Assembly (NCBI RefSeq): GCF_017348835.2 | Contig: NZ_CP071375.1 | Source of the DNA: Escherichia coli | GTDB lineage: Bacteria; Pseudomonadota; Gammaproteobacteria; Enterobacterales; Enterobacteriaceae | DNA: 64,000 nucleotides | Direction: 5' to 3' (one strand) | Shown: one piece after another, positions 45,562 to 58,782 of the stretch | How positions within the stretch are numbered: the stretch's first letter is position 1 | How the letters are laid out: the number at the start of each line of letters is the position of its first letter | Program-made: the position numbers and the translations under genes | The notes under the pieces: model-generated | The model's input: only the letters and a program-made list of their open reading frames with translations | Told to the model about the DNA's origin: nothing | Database searches by the model: none

Positions 45562-46185
45562 TTAAATTTTATTTGCTTTAATCACCACCAGATGACGTTC
45601 GCCATCCAGGGCTGGAACCTGAAGTTTAACCACTGATTCGACCTGATATTCTTCGGGCAACAAAGCGATTTCATCTTCCGGCATTTGCCCTTTCAGCGCG
45701 TAGAAACGGCCTTGCTCACCAGGAAGATGGTGGCACCAGCTCACCATATCGTTCAGAGAGGCAAAAGCGCGGCTAATTACGCCATCAAACGGCGGCTCTG
45801 AAGGAAACTCTTCTACCCTGCTCTGTACTGGCTCAATATTCTCCAGTTTAAGCTCATGTTGCACCTGACGAAGGAAACGCACGCGTTTACCAAGGCTATC
45901 CAACAGAGTGAAATGGGCTTCAGGACGCACGATAGAGAGTGGAATGCCAGGCAGTCCAGGACCGGTGCCGACATCGATAAACCGTTCACCTTGCAGATAC
46001 GGTGCCACCACAATGCTATCGAGAATATGGCGTACCAGCATCTCATTAGGATCGCGGACCGAAGTCAGGTTGTACGCTTTGTTCCATTTATGCAGCATAT
46101 TCACGTAGGCAATAAGCTGGTTTTTCTGGTGATCGGTAAGCGAAATACCTGCGTCTTTCAGCAGTAAGGAGAGTTTATTGAGCAC
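45562..46185 (-). CDS. rsmG: 16S rRNA m7G527 methyltransferase (GidB)
   Basis: 207-aa ORF; SAM-binding motif [11 protein letters not shown]. Confidence 0.95.
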
Positions 46186-46248
46186 GGTGATTACCTGTTC
46201 TTGATGCGTTGCCTGGTAAGCGGGGGCTTACCAGGCATTTTTAATGCG

Positions 46249-48138
46249 TTATGCGCTACGACGCAGCATACCCTGTTTTTTCAGCCACACCAGCAGAATG
46301 GAGATGGCCGCAGGCGTGACGCCAGAAATACGTGAAGCCTGGCCGATAGAGGCCGGTTTGTGATCGTTAAGTTTGGCGATCACTTCGTTAGAAAGACCGG
46401 ATACCTGGCGGTAATCCAGTGTCGCGGGTAGCAGGGTGTTCTCGTTACGCAGCTGCTTTTCGATCTCATCTTGCTGGCGCGCGATATAACCTTCGTATTT
46501 AACCTGAATCTCAACCTGTTCCGCCGCCTGTTCGTCTGTCAACGCAGGGGCAAACGGCGTCAGCGTGGTTAATTTTTCATAAGTCATTTCCGGACGACGC
46601 AGCAGATCTTCACCACTGGCTTCACGGGAAAGCGGCGCAGTCAGGTGAGCATTCACTTCGGCTGCAGCTTCCGCCGACGGGGGTACCCAGGTCGATTTCA
46701 GACGCTGACGCTCACGCTCGATATTCTCAAGTTTCTCGTTAAAGCGCGCCCAACGTTCGTCATCCACCAGGCCCAGTTCACGACCGATTTCAGTCAAACG
46801 CAGATCCGCATTATCTTCGCGCAGCATCAGACGATATTCTGCACGCGAGGTAAACATACGATACGGTTCTTTGGTTCCTAAAGTGCACAGGTCATCAACC
46901 AGTACGCCGAGATACGCCTGAGAACGCGCCGGAGCCCAACCTTCTTTGTCAGCAGACAGACGGGCAGCGTTAAGACCGGCCAGCAAACCTTGCGCAGCGG
47001 CTTCTTCGTAACCGGTAGTGCCGTTAATCTGACCAGCAAAGAACAGCCCCTGGATAAACTTGCTCTCCAGCGTCGGTTTCAGGTCGCGAGGATCGAAGAA
47101 GTCATACTCAATGGCATAACCCGGACGCACGATCTTCGCGTTTTCCATCCCCTGCATAGAGCGGACGATTTGCATCTGCACATCGAACGGCAGGCTGGTG
47201 GAGATACCGTTCGGATAAATTTCGTTAGAGGTCAGCCCTTCCGGTTCAAGGAAGATCTGATGCTGATTTCTGTCGGCGAAGCGCATGACTTTGTCTTCGA
47301 TCGACGGGCAGTAGCGTGGGCCGACACCTTCGATCACCCCTGCGTACATTGGGCTACGATCGAGGTTACTGCGGATCACATCATGGGTTTTCTCGTTGGT
47401 ATGAGTGATATAACACGGCACCTGCTGGGGATGCTGGGACGCATTGCCCATAAACGAGAATACCGGCATTGGGTTATCGCCATGCTGTTGCGCCAGTACG
47501 CTAAAGTCGATGGTTCGAGCATCAATACGCGGTGGTGTCCCGGTTTTCAGACGACCAACGCGCAGCGGCAGTTCACGCAAACGGCGAGAAAGCGGAATGG
47601 ACGGCGGATCACCAGCACGGCCACCGCTGTAATTATCCAGACCGATATGAATTTTACCGTCGAGGAACGTCCCAACGGTGAGCACGACGGCTTTGGCACG
47701 GAACTTCAGTCCCATTTGGGTAACAGCACCGACCACGCGATCGTTTTCGACAATAAGATCTTCAACCGCCTGCTGGAAGATCATCAGGTTCGGTTGGTTC
47801 TCCAGCGCCGTGCGTACCGCCTGACGGTAGAGCACACGATCCGCCTGAGCGCGGGTAGCGCGAACCGCCGGTCCTTTGCTTGCGTTTAGTATCCTAAACT
47901 GGATACCCGCCTGATCGATCGCTTTCGCCATCAGACCGCCGAGTGCATCCACTTCTTTTACCAGATGTCCCTTCCCAATACCGCCGATCGCCGGGTTGCA
48001 GCTCATCTGCCCCAGAGTGTCGATATTGTGTGTCAAAAGCAGAGTCTGTTGACCCATACGCGCCGCGGCCATCGCGGCCTCGGTGCCTGCATGACCCCCA
48101 CCAATGATGATGACGTCAAAAGGATCCGGATAAAACAT
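46249..48138 (-). CDS. mnmG: tRNA uridine 5-carboxymethylaminomethyl modification enzyme (GidA)
   Basis: 629-aa ORF; N-terminal FAD-binding motif [15 protein letters not shown]. Confidence 0.96.
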   Translation of the reverse strand: MFYPDPFDVIIIGGGHAGTEAAMAAARMGQQTLLLTHNIDTLGQMSCNPAIGGIGKGHLVKEVDALGGLMAKAIDQAGIQFRILNASKGPAVRATRAQADRVLYRQAVRTALENQPNLMIFQQAVEDLIVENDRVVGAVTQMGLKFRAKAVVLTVGTFLDGKIHIGLDNYSGGRAGDPPSIPLSRRLRELPLRVGRLKTGTPPRIDARTIDFSVLAQQHGDNPMPVFSFMGNASQHPQQVPCYITHTNEKTHDVIRSNLDRSPMYAGVIEGVGPRYCPSIEDKVMRFADRNQHQIFLEPEGLTSNEIYPNGISTSLPFDVQMQIVRSMQGMENAKIVRPGYAIEYDFFDPRDLKPTLESKFIQGLFFAGQINGTTGYEEAAAQGLLAGLNAARLSADKEGWAPARSQAYLGVLVDDLCTLGTKEPYRMFTSRAEYRLMLREDNADLRLTEIGRELGLVDDERWARFNEKLENIERERQRLKSTWVPPSAEAAAEVNAHLTAPLSREASGEDLLRRPEMTYEKLTTLTPFAPALTDEQAAEQVEIQVKYEGYIARQQDEIEKQLRNENTLLPATLDYRQVSGLSNEVIAKLNDHKPASIGQASRISGVTPAAISILLVWLKKQGMLRRSA

Positions 48139-48226
48139 GGTGATTGCCTCGCATAACGCGGTATGAAAATGGATTGAAGCCCGGGCCGTGGATTCTACTC
48201 AACTTTGTCGGCTTGAGAAAGACCTG

Positions 48227-48497
48227 GGATCCTGGGTATTAAAAAGAAGATCTATTTATTTAGAGATCTCTTCTATTGTGATCTCTTATTAGGATCGCAC
48301 TGCCCTGTGGATAACAAGGATCCGGCTTTTAAGATCAACAACCTAGAAAGGATCATTAACTGTGAATGATCGGTGATCCTGGACCGTATAAGCTGGGATC
48401 AGAATGAGGGGTTATACACAACTCAAAAACTGAACAACAGTTGTTCTTTGGATAACTACCGGTTGATCCAAGCTTCCTGACAGAGTTATCCACAGTA
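48227..48497. other. oriC: Chromosomal replication origin oriC (AT-rich 13-mers, DnaA boxes R1 tgtggataa and R4 ttatccaca, dense GATC sites)
   Basis: Sequence ggatcctgggtattaaaaagaagatctatttatttagagatct…tgtggataacaaggatccgg…gttatccacagtagatcgc recognised as E. coli oriC; located between mnmG and mioC. Confidence 0.93.
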
Positions 48498-48516
48498 GAT
48501 CGCACGATCTGTATAC

Positions 48517-48960
48517 TTATTTGAGTAAATTAATCCACGATCCCAGCCATTCTTCTGCCGGATCTTCCGGAATGTCGTGATCAAGAATGTTGATCTTCAG
48601 TGTTTCGCCCGTCTGTTTTGCACCGGAATTTTTGAGTTCTGCCTCGAGTTTATCGATAGCCCCACAAAAGGTGTCATATTCACGACTACCAATACCGATT
48701 GCGCCAAAGCGGACCGCAGAAAGATCGGGCTTCTGTTCCTGCAATGCTTCATAGAAAGGAGAAAGGTTGTCCGGAATATCTCCGGCACCGTGGGTGGAGC
48801 TGATAACCAGCCAGATCCCCGAGGCAGATAAATCTTCCAACAGCGGACCGTGCAGCGTTTCGGTGGTAAAACCCGCCTCTTCCAGCTTTTCAGCCAGGTG
48901 TTCTGCTACATATTCGGCACCGCCGAGGGTGCTGCCGCTGATAAGAGTGATATCTGCCAT
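48517..48960 (-). CDS. mioC: Flavodoxin-like FMN protein MioC
   Basis: 147-aa ORF MADITLISGSTLGGAEYVAEHLAEKLEEAGF…. Confidence 0.95.
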   Translation of the reverse strand: MADITLISGSTLGGAEYVAEHLAEKLEEAGFTTETLHGPLLEDLSASGIWLVISSTHGAGDIPDNLSPFYEALQEQKPDLSAVRFGAIGIGSREYDTFCGAIDKLEAELKNSGAKQTGETLKINILDHDIPEDPAEEWLGSWINLLK

Positions 48961-49049
48961 AAACCGCCACCTTTATTAAGAGTGGCGTATTGTACGCTGT
49001 GAATGCGTTGGGATCTACCTGTGGAAAAGTATGGGATTAAAAAAGCCGA

Positions 49050-49508
49050 TCAGGGCTTGATGGTACGCATGATCGGGTTTTGCAGGACGATCAATGTCTC
49101 GGTGGACTGAATTTCATCAATTGTTTGGATCTTGTTGATAAGTACATGCTGGAGAGCATCGATCGAACGGCACATCACTTTTATAAAGATGCTGTAGTGG
49201 CCGGTGGTGTAATAGGCTTCAGTGACTTCATCAAGGCTTTCCAGTTTCGCCAGCGCCGAAGGATAGTCTTTGGCGCTCTTTAATATAATGCCGATAAAGC
49301 AGCCTACGTCATAACCGAGCTGCTTCGGGCTGACATCAATACGCGCCCCGGTAATGATCCCCGCCTGCTTCATTTTCTCTACTCGAACGTGAATCGTCCC
49401 CGGACTGACGCCAAATTGTTTCGCCAGTTCGGCGTAAGCGGTGCGCGCATTGCCCATTAATGCTTCCAGGATGCCACGGTCCAGATTGTCGATCAGATAA
49501 TTTTCCAT
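49050..49508 (-). CDS. asnC: Lrp/AsnC-family transcriptional regulator AsnC
   Basis: 152-aa ORF; divergent from asnA. Confidence 0.95.
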   Translation of the reverse strand: MENYLIDNLDRGILEALMGNARTAYAELAKQFGVSPGTIHVRVEKMKQAGIITGARIDVSPKQLGYDVGCFIGIILKSAKDYPSALAKLESLDEVTEAYYTTGHYSIFIKVMCRSIDALQHVLINKIQTIDEIQSTETLIVLQNPIMRTIKP

Positions 49509-49659
49509 AGGATTTTCTTATGCGGATTGATGATTCATTCTATTTTAGCCTTCTTTTTTAATGAATCAAAAGTGAGTTAGGCTTTTTATTGAATGATTAT
49601 TGCATGTGTATCGGTTTTTGTTGCTTAATCATAAGCAACAGGACGCAGGAGTATAAAAA

Positions 49660-50652
49660 ATGAAAACCGCTTACATTGCCAAACAACGCCAAATTAGCTT
49701 CGTGAAATCTCACTTTTCTCGCCAACTGGAAGAACGTCTGGGGCTGATCGAAGTCCAGGCGCCGATTCTTAGCCGTGTGGGGGATGGCACGCAGGATAAC
49801 TTGTCGGGCTGTGAAAAAGCGGTGCAGGTAAAAGTGAAAGCTCTGCCTGATGCCCAGTTCGAAGTGGTTCATTCACTGGCGAAGTGGAAACGTCAGACCT
49901 TAGGGCAACACGACTTCAGCGCGGGCGAAGGGCTGTACACGCACATGAAAGCCCTTCGCCCCGATGAAGACCGTCTTTCTCCGTTGCACTCGGTCTATGT
50001 TGACCAGTGGGACTGGGAACGCGTAATGGGCGACGGTGAGCGTCAATTCTCGACTCTGAAAAGCACGGTAGAGGCGATCTGGGCGGGAATTAAAGCAACC
50101 GAAGCTGCGGTTAGCGAAGAGTTTGGCCTGGCACCGTTCCTGCCGGATCAGATCCACTTCGTACACAGCCAGGAGTTACTGTCTCGTTATCCGGATCTTG
50201 ATGCCAAAGGGCGTGAGCGGGCGATAGCGAAAGATCTTGGTGCGGTATTCCTTGTCGGGATTGGCGGCAAGCTGAGCGATGGTCATCGCCACGACGTGCG
50301 CGCACCGGATTATGATGACTGGAGCACCCCGTCAGAGCTGGGCCATGCGGGTCTGAACGGCGATATTCTGGTGTGGAACCCTGTACTGGAAGATGCGTTT
50401 GAGCTTTCTTCCATGGGGATCCGCGTGGATGCCGACACGTTGAAGCATCAGTTGGCGCTGACCGGTGATGAAGATCGTCTGCAGCTGGAATGGCATCAGG
50501 CGCTGCTGCGCGGTGAAATGCCGCAGACCATCGGCGGTGGTATCGGCCAGTCTCGTTTGACCATGCTGCTGCTGCAACTGCCGCATATCGGCCAGGTTCA
50601 GTGTGGAGTATGGCCAGCTGCTGTTCGCGAGAGCGTCCCTTCTCTGCTGTAA
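49660..50652 (+). CDS. asnA: Aspartate-ammonia ligase (asparagine synthetase A)
   Basis: 330-aa [41 protein letters not shown]…. Confidence 0.96.
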
Positions 50653-50656
50653 TAAT

Positions 50657-52108
50657 TTATCGCCGCCAGCGTCTGAGCAGGCGGCTTCGCATCCCGGTAT
50701 CAAAGCGCCAGATATGATCGAAAATGCGCATGATGCCGGGTTTGCCGTGTGCCGACATCGCCACGGCATGAAAGCGATGCTGATGTACCCGCTGCAGCTC
50801 TTTCACTTTACTCGTCACGTCGTCAGGCAACCGCTGAGCGATAAAATCAGAAATCACCACCGCATCGGCATCAAACCATTCCCTGCTTTGCAAGCGTTCC
50901 ATAATGGCGCGAAAACAACTGGCAAGATCGGTGCCGCCACGAAACTGCTGGCTTAAAAAACGGATTGCTTGTTCGATGCCTTGTGGGCCTGAAAGCTCAT
51001 AACGGACGATCTCGGTGGAAAATAGCATAATATAGCAGCGCCGGTTTTCAGCGAGAGCAATGCGCATCAAGGCCAGGCAGAACGCTTTCGCACACTGTTC
51101 ATTAAAGCCGCCCATTGAGCCGGAAGTATCCACGCAGACAAAAAACGGTCCGCGCGGCTGTTCGTCGTAATCTTTATGCACCACCGGGCGTTCGATCACT
51201 TTTTCACGCCACGACTCACCGTGCAGGCGATAGGTGAGCAACTGTTTTTCCACCAGCCGACGGTAAAACTCATACTCCAGTTCCGTTATCCCTAGTGTCG
51301 CCAGTTCTGGCGGCAGAAGACGTAAAATATCATCGCTTTGTTGCAGACCATCAACCTGCTCAGGAACAGTTGCCGGTTCGCGCACCATGGTGCGGAAGGT
51401 TTCCATCTGCGCATCGTTGCGCGGTATTGATTTGGCTTCCCGGGAACGCCCCAGTTTTTCTGCCAGGCGTTTCAGTTCCGGCTGTTCGTTAAGAAATTCA
51501 CCGTATTTCACAATCAACTGATAGTCGCCACGTTTAAGCTGACCGGCGCTCATATCCCACAGACGACCAGCTGCGGTATTGTTATCTGCGAGAATCGGTT
51601 CAAGTTGTCCGCTCAGCGTCATGCGTTCCTGAACTTCACTCAACAGTTGTTCGCGTTCTTCTTCTAATAGCTGTTGATTTAACGTCGTTGCTTGCACGAT
51701 CAGACTTAAACGCCAGCGCTGGAGAAAATGCGTGTGTAACGCTGAAGTGATCGTGCTGTTAGCATCAACCAACTGTCGGGCTTGTTCTGCCCATGGGGAA
51801 TTCAGACGATGCAGTAAGTCCAGGATCTGTGGTAGCTGCACAATAAACTGCGGCGTGGAGAGGAGCTGGCTTTGCTGATAGCACATCACCTCTTCGGTGA
51901 GTTCCGGCGGGACTCGGGCATCTTTCAGCCGACTGCGCAGCGCCTCACGCCAGCGGGGAACATCATCAGTGATTGCCGCCTTCAGTCGTGGGAATTTTTC
52001 AAAGAAGACTGCCAGCTGCGGTGAGGCCAGCAGCGCGATGATCATCTCTTCGATCAATCCCTCTTCGCTGACGGCCAGCATCACATTAAGCGTATCCAGC
52101 GTTAGCAT
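50657..52108 (-). CDS. viaA: VWA-domain protein ViaA (YieM)
   Basis: 483-aa ORF; overlaps ravA stop by 7 nt (operon). Confidence 0.92.
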   Translation of the reverse strand: MLTLDTLNVMLAVSEEGLIEEMIIALLASPQLAVFFEKFPRLKAAITDDVPRWREALRSRLKDARVPPELTEEVMCYQQSQLLSTPQFIVQLPQILDLLHRLNSPWAEQARQLVDANSTITSALHTHFLQRWRLSLIVQATTLNQQLLEEEREQLLSEVQERMTLSGQLEPILADNNTAAGRLWDMSAGQLKRGDYQLIVKYGEFLNEQPELKRLAEKLGRSREAKSIPRNDAQMETFRTMVREPATVPEQVDGLQQSDDILRLLPPELATLGITELEYEFYRRLVEKQLLTYRLHGESWREKVIERPVVHKDYDEQPRGPFFVCVDTSGSMGGFNEQCAKAFCLALMRIALAENRRCYIMLFSTEIVRYELSGPQGIEQAIRFLSQQFRGGTDLASCFRAIMERLQSREWFDADAVVISDFIAQRLPDDVTSKVKELQRVHQHRFHAVAMSAHGKPGIMRIFDHIWRFDTGMRSRLLRRWRR

Positions 52109-53598
52109 TGTTGTGCCTGGCGAATCTGTGCGCCGACATCCTGTAGGCTGGCTTCAATGCGACCTAACCAGTCGCCAGGGATAAACAGACATCTTTGCTG
52201 TTCGCTGAATAAAGCGTGTTGCTTGCGCCAGTCGCTTTCAAGCTCTTCCAGTTGTTGTTTTATTTCACCTGGCAGACCTTCAGCCGATGAACCGGGAAGT
52301 GCCAACGTACTGCCTTGTAAACTTACATCGCGTACAACAAGATGTTGGGCGCTATCCACTTCCAGATTCAATTTCTGGGCAAAGCCGATACCGTTCAGTT
52401 TGCCGCGAATTTCACCACCTTTACTCAGCCACTGTTCCAGCGCGTTACGCTCAAAGGAGATATGAACCACTTCCATATCATGCAGTTTTAACGGTTTTTG
52501 CAGCAGCAGAGTCAGAGTGGAAGCAGTAACGTTAACAGGGAGTTGATACTGCTGACGACGGCTGAAAATGCCGCCCAGACGAATTACCGTTAAGGCTGTT
52601 TTATCGTTTTGTTGCTGCTGGAGTTGCAGGTGACGTTGCACAATCGCGCCCAGGCGGGTCAACATCCCTTGCTGTTGCCAGGCATGACCGGTCATCAATA
52701 CATCAATTTGTTGTTGTATCAAATTCAGGCTTTGCGCGTCATACCACAGGCAATCTTTCAGCAAAATGAGATCTACCGGGGCAACAGCACTGCGACCGCT
52801 AAAAAAGGCGCTGGCCTGCAATAAGCGGATCGCTTTTTTCCAGCGACGATCCGAGACATAAGGCGCATCCGGTAATTTATCCAGTTGCTGGCGCAGCATA
52901 AAAATCAGCTCAAATACATGATCGGGCAGCGTAATTTCACCAATCTCTTTCTGCCAGCGTTCATATTCTTCATCTGTGACCTGCAAGGCATCAGGAACCG
53001 GATTGTCATTTTCATCCTGTTGACTGGTCAGCATGGAGCGGAAATTCGCTTTATCCTGCACTTTATCTAACCACAGACGAATCAGCATGCGGTCATATAA
53101 CGCTTCCAGACTGCTGTCTGCTTCCGGCAGCTCGTTGGAGGCCGCGACCAGCAGACGCATCGGGATTTTTTCTACGTGTGCACCGTTGCGGAACTGGCGC
53201 TCGTTAATGGCGGTGAGCAAGGTATTAAGAATTGCCGGGCCCGCTTTCCAGATCTCATCCAGAAAGACAATTTCTGCTTCCGGCAGGTAACCGCTGGTTA
53301 AACGTTCATAGCGCCCTTCATCTTTTAGCGCCTGAATAGAAAGGGGACCAAAAACCTCTTCCGGCGTGGAGAAGCGAGTCATCAGATATTCAAACGCGCG
53401 GGCATTCTGAAAGGCGAATTTTAAGCGCCGGGCGATCAAACTTTTGGCAATACCTGGCGGGCCAAGGAGGAACACACTTTCACCACTTAATGCCGCTAAT
53501 AAACACAAGCGGATGGCGTGGCTACGTTCATAAAGCCCCTTTTCCAACGAACTGCTCAGGCGGGAAATTCTTTCCGCTAATAAATGAGGGTGAGCCAT
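52102..53598 (-). CDS. ravA: MoxR-family AAA+ ATPase RavA (YieN)
   Basis: Start set at [13 protein letters not shown]… (498 aa); Walker A GPPGIAKS. Confidence 0.93.
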   Translation of the reverse strand: MAHPHLLAERISRLSSSLEKGLYERSHAIRLCLLAALSGESVFLLGPPGIAKSLIARRLKFAFQNARAFEYLMTRFSTPEEVFGPLSIQALKDEGRYERLTSGYLPEAEIVFLDEIWKAGPAILNTLLTAINERQFRNGAHVEKIPMRLLVAASNELPEADSSLEALYDRMLIRLWLDKVQDKANFRSMLTSQQDENDNPVPDALQVTDEEYERWQKEIGEITLPDHVFELIFMLRQQLDKLPDAPYVSDRRWKKAIRLLQASAFFSGRSAVAPVDLILLKDCLWYDAQSLNLIQQQIDVLMTGHAWQQQGMLTRLGAIVQRHLQLQQQQNDKTALTVIRLGGIFSRRQQYQLPVNVTASTLTLLLQKPLKLHDMEVVHISFERNALEQWLSKGGEIRGKLNGIGFAQKLNLEVDSAQHLVVRDVSLQGSTLALPGSSAEGLPGEIKQQLEELESDWRKQHALFSEQQRCLFIPGDWLGRIEASLQDVGAQIRQAQQC

Positions 53599-53820
53599 AA
53601 TGAAGTGGCGTCCTTTCGTCAAAAGTTCTGCGTAAATTGCGAGTATAGACGTTTCTTGCTGGTGGCTAAAATAGTCTCAAAGGGGGGGGATTTTTCTTTG
53701 AGCCAGGTTAATGTGGCCGCATTTAGGAGTACGATTTTGCCGTTAATCGTGCATACTGTGCGCTTTTTTGTGGGCCAAGGGACTAAGCACACATTTCATA
53801 TTTCAACGAAAGACTAGTCT

Positions 53821-55689
53821 ATGAGCACTGATAATAAGCAATCATTGCCCGCGATTACCCTCGCGGCGATTGGAGTTGTCTACGGCGATATTGGTACCAG
53901 CCCGTTATATACACTTCGTGAATGTTTGTCCGGCCAGTTTGGTTTTGGCGTTGAACGCGATGCCGTGTTTGGCTTTTTATCGCTGATCTTCTGGCTGCTA
54001 ATCTTTGTGGTTTCCATTAAATATCTCACCTTCGTGATGCGGGCAGATAACGCCGGTGAAGGGGGGATCCTGACGTTGATGTCGCTTGCCGGGCGTAATA
54101 CGTCGGCGCGAACCACATCAATGCTGGTGATTATGGGGCTAATCGGCGGCAGCTTTTTCTATGGTGAAGTCGTCATAACACCCGCTATTTCGGTGATGTC
54201 AGCCATTGAAGGTCTGGAAATCGTCGCCCCGCAGCTGGATACCTGGATAGTTCCCCTCTCAATTATCGTTCTCACTTTATTATTTATGATTCAAAAGCAT
54301 GGCACGGCTATGGTCGGTAAGCTGTTTGCGCCGATCATGCTGACCTGGTTTTTGATTCTGGCAGGACTGGGGTTACGTAGCATTATTGCTAACCCGGAAG
54401 TGCTGCATGCGCTGAATCCGATGTGGGCGGTGCATTTCTTCCTTGAATACAAAACGGTTTCTTTTATTGCATTAGGGGCAGTGGTGCTGTCGATTACGGG
54501 GGTCGAGGCGCTGTATGCTGATATGGGGCACTTTGGTAAGTTCCCTATTCGCCTGGCGTGGTTCACCGTCGTATTACCTTCCTTGACCCTTAATTACTTC
54601 GGTCAGGGAGCGTTGTTGTTAAAGAACCCGGAAGCGATTAAGAACCCGTTCTTCCTGTTGGCACCGGACTGGGCGCTGATCCCACTGCTGATCATCGCCG
54701 CACTGGCGACGGTAATTGCCTCGCAGGCGGTTATTTCTGGCGTCTTCTCATTGACGCGTCAGGCGGTACGTCTGGGGTATTTGTCGCCGATGCGCATTAT
54801 TCACACCTCCGAAATGGAGTCAGGGCAAATCTATATTCCGTTTGTGAACTGGATGCTCTATGTCGCGGTCGTGATTGTGATTGTCAGCTTTGAGCACTCC
54901 AGCAACCTGGCGGCGGCGTACGGGATTGCGGTGACCGGAACCATGGTGCTGACGTCTATTCTCTCGACTACCGTGGCACGTCAGAACTGGCACTGGAATA
55001 AGTATTTTGTTGCGCTGATCCTGATTGCTTTCCTTTGTGTCGATATTCCATTGTTCACCGCTAACCTCGATAAACTGCTCTCCGGCGGCTGGTTGCCATT
55101 GAGCCTCGGTACTGTGATGTTTATCGTGATGACCACCTGGAAGAGCGAGCGTTTCCGCTTGCTGCGGCGGATGCATGAACATGGTAACTCTCTGGAAGCG
55201 ATGATTGCTTCGCTGGAGAAATCACCGCCTGTTCGCGTGCCCGGGACCGCGGTGTATATGTCGCGTGCAATCAACGTCATTCCCTTTGCGCTGATGCATA
55301 ACCTTAAGCATAACAAGGTATTGCATGAGCGGGTGATTCTGTTAACTCTGCGCACCGAAGACGCGCCATATGTCCATAACGTCCGTCGGGTACAGATTGA
55401 ACAACTGTCGCCCACTTTCTGGCGCGTGGTGGCAAGTTATGGTTGGCGAGAAACGCCAAACGTGGAAGAAGTTTTCCACCGCTGCGGTCTGGAAGGATTA
55501 AGTTGCCGGATGATGGAAACCTCCTTCTTTATGTCGCATGAGTCGTTGATCCTCGGCAAACGCCCGTGGTATTTGCGTCTGCGCGGCAAGCTGTACTTGC
55601 TGCTGCAACGTAATGCGCTGCGTGCACCAGATCAATTTGAAATCCCGCCAAACAGGGTTATCGAACTGGGTACTCAGGTCGAAATCTAA
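53821..55689 (+). CDS. kup: Low-affinity potassium uptake protein Kup (TrkD)
   Basis: 622-aa polytopic [35 protein letters not shown]…. Confidence 0.96.
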
Positions 55690-55824
55690 CGCCAGACGCC
55701 TCCTTTCTTCATAAGGGGGCGTTTTTGTTTTCATGGTTAATCACCATGTAAAACGTTTCGAGGTTGATCACATTTCCGTAACGTCACGATGGTTTTCCCA
55801 ACTCAGTCAGGATTAAACTGCGGG

Positions 55825-55844
55825 TCAGCGAAACGTTTCGCTGA
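55825..55844. promoter_or_regulatory. Candidate RbsR operator: perfect 20-bp palindrome tcagcgaaacgtttcgctga just upstream of rbsD
   Basis: Perfect inverted repeat read in sequence, ending 12 nt before the rbsD ATG; LacI-family operator geometry. Confidence 0.6.
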
Positions 55845-55855
55845 TGGAGAAAAAA

Positions 55856-56275
55856 ATGAAAAAAGGCACCGTTCTTAATTCTGATATTTCATCGGTGATC
55901 TCCCGTCTGGGACATACCGATACGCTGGTGGTGTGTGATGCTGGTTTACCCATCCCCAAAAGTACAACGCGTATCGATATGGCATTAACCCAGGATGTAC
56001 CTTCTTTTATGCAGGTGCTGGGCGTCGTCACAAATGAAATGCAGGTCGAGGCTGCCATTATCGCGGAAGAGATCAAACACCATAATCCGCAACTCCACGA
56101 AACGTTGCTCACTCACCTTGAGCAGCTGCAAAAACACCAGGGAAATACCATTGAAATTCGTTACACCACGCATGAACAATTCAAACAACAAACCGCAGAA
56201 AGTCAGGCGGTAATTCGCAGCGGAGAATGTTCTCCGTATGCGAATATCATTCTCTGTGCTGGCGTGACGTTCTGA
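55856..56275 (+). CDS. rbsD: D-ribose pyranase
   Basis: Start set at [20 protein letters not shown]… (139 aa). Confidence 0.95.
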
Positions 56276-56282
56276 GGCCGTC

Positions 56283-57788
56283 ATGGAAGCATTACTTCAG
56301 CTTAAAGGCATCGATAAAGCCTTCCCGGGCGTAAAAGCCCTCTCGGGCGCAGCGTTAAATGTCTATCCGGGCCGCGTGATGGCGCTGGTGGGCGAAAACG
56401 GCGCGGGTAAATCCACCATGATGAAAGTGCTTACTGGCATCTATACTCGCGATGCCGGTACGCTTTTATGGCTGGGGAAAGAAACGACATTTACCGGGCC
56501 GAAATCTTCCCAGGAAGCCGGGATTGGGATTATCCATCAGGAACTGAACCTGATCCCGCAGTTAACCATTGCCGAAAACATTTTCCTCGGTCGTGAGTTT
56601 GTTAATCGCTTTGGCAAAATTGACTGGAAAACCATGTATGCCGAAGCGGATAAATTGCTGGCTAAACTTAACCTGCGCTTTAAAAGCGACAAGCTGGTGG
56701 GCGATCTTTCCATCGGTGACCAGCAAATGGTTGAAATCGCCAAAGTGCTGAGCTTTGAGTCGAAAGTCATCATTATGGATGAACCGACCGATGCGCTGAC
56801 CGATACCGAAACCGAATCCCTGTTCCGCGTCATCCGCGAGCTGAAATCGCAAGGCCGCGGTATTGTCTATATCTCCCACCGCATGAAAGAAATCTTCGAG
56901 ATTTGCGATGACGTTACCGTTTTTCGTGACGGACAATTTATTGCTGAGCGCGAAGTGGCATCACTGACCGAAGATTCGCTGATTGAGATGATGGTGGGTC
57001 GCAAGCTGGAAGATCAATATCCGCACCTGGACAAAGCGCCGGGAGATATCCGCCTGAAAGTCGATAATCTCTGCGGACCTGGCGTTAACGATGTCTCTTT
57101 TACTTTACGCAAAGGCGAAATTCTTGGCGTCTCTGGTTTGATGGGCGCAGGTCGTACCGAACTGATGAAAGTGCTCTACGGCGCACTACCGCGCACCAGC
57201 GGTTACGTCACCCTGGATGGGCATGAAGTCGTTACCCGTTCACCGCAGGATGGCCTGGCAAACGGCATTGTGTATATCTCCGAAGACCGTAAACGTGACG
57301 GTTTAGTGTTGGGCATGTCAGTAAAAGAGAACATGTCGCTGACAGCGCTGCGCTACTTCAGCCGCGCTGGCGGCAGTTTGAAGCATGCCGATGAACAGCA
57401 GGCAGTGAGTGATTTTATTCGCCTGTTCAATGTGAAAACGCCGTCGATGGAACAGGCAATTGGTCTGCTTTCCGGTGGCAATCAGCAAAAAGTGGCGATT
57501 GCCCGCGGTCTGATGACACGCCCCAAAGTGTTGATCCTTGATGAACCTACCCGTGGCGTAGATGTCGGCGCGAAAAAAGAGATCTATCAACTGATTAACC
57601 AGTTCAAAGCCGATGGCTTGAGCATCATTCTGGTGTCATCGGAGATGCCAGAAGTATTAGGCATGAGCGATCGCATCATCGTCATGCATGAAGGGCATCT
57701 CAGCGGGGAATTTACTCGTGAGCAGGCCACCCAGGAAGTGTTAATGGCTGCCGCTGTGGGCAAGCTTAATCGCGTGAATCAGGAGTAA
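56283..57788 (+). CDS. rbsA: Ribose ABC transporter ATP-binding protein (two ABC domains)
   Basis: 501-aa ORF; Walker [10 protein letters not shown] and a second ABC cassette. Confidence 0.96.
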
Positions 57789-57792
57789 AAAA

Positions 57793-58758
57793 ATGACAAC
57801 CCAGACTGTCTCTGGTCGCCGTTATTTCACGAAAGCGTGGCTGATGGAGCAGAAATCGCTTATCGCTCTGCTGGTGCTGATCGCGATTGTCTCGACGTTA
57901 AGTCCGAACTTTTTCACCATCAATAACTTATTCAATATTCTCCAGCAAACTTCGGTGAACGCCATTATGGCGGTCGGGATGACGCTGGTGATCCTGACGT
58001 CGGGCATCGACTTATCGGTAGGTTCTCTGTTGGCGCTAACTGGCGCAGTTGCTGCATCTATCGTCGGCATTGAAGTCAATGCGCTGGTGGCTGTCGCTGC
58101 TGCTCTCGCGTTAGGTGCCGCAATTGGTGCGGTAACCGGGGTGATTGTAGCGAAAGGTCGCGTCCAGGCGTTTATCGCTACGCTGGTTATGATGCTTTTA
58201 CTGCGCGGCGTGACCATGGTTTATACCAACGGTAGCCCAGTGAATACCGGCTTTACTGAGAACGCCGATCTGTTTGGCTGGTTTGGTATTGGTCGTCCGC
58301 TGGGCGTACCGACGCCAGTCTGGATCATGGGGATTGTCTTCCTCGCGGCCTGGTACATGCTGCATCACACGCGTCTGGGGCGTTACATCTACGCGCTGGG
58401 CGGCAACGAAGCGGCAACGCGTCTTTCTGGTATCAACGTCAATAAAATCAAAATCATCGTCTATTCTCTTTGTGGTCTGCTGGCATCGCTGGCCGGGATT
58501 ATTGAAGTGGCGCGTCTCTCCTCCGCACAACCCACGGCGGGGACTGGCTATGAGCTGGATGCTATTGCTGCGGTGGTTCTGGGCGGTACGAGTCTGGCGG
58601 GCGGAAAAGGTCGCATTGTTGGGACGTTGATCGGCGCATTAATTCTTGGCTTCCTTAATAATGGATTGAATTTGTTAGGTGTTTCCTCCTATTACCAGAT
58701 GATCGTCAAAGCGGTGGTGATTTTGCTGGCGGTGCTGGTAGACAACAAAAAGCAGTAA
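57793..58758 (+). CDS. rbsC: Ribose ABC transporter permease
   Basis: 321-aa polytopic ORF. Confidence 0.95.
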   Translation: MTTQTVSGRRYFTKAWLMEQKSLIALLVLIAIVSTLSPNFFTINNLFNILQQTSVNAIMAVGMTLVILTSGIDLSVGSLLALTGAVAASIVGIEVNALVAVAAALALGAAIGAVTGVIVAKGRVQAFIATLVMMLLLRGVTMVYTNGSPVNTGFTENADLFGWFGIGRPLGVPTPVWIMGIVFLAAWYMLHHTRLGRYIYALGGNEAATRLSGINVNKIKIIVYSLCGLLASLAGIIEVARLSSAQPTAGTGYELDAIAAVVLGGTSLAGGKGRIVGTLIGALILGFLNNGLNLLGVSSYYQMIVKAVVILLAVLVDNKKQ

Positions 58759-58782
58759 TAACGACTACAGGACATCTTGAAT

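Noticed and set aside
46990-47889. 299-codon plus-strand ORF inside mnmG
   Set aside because: Antisense to a highly conserved gene; no ribosome-binding site and composition typical of a shadow ORF.
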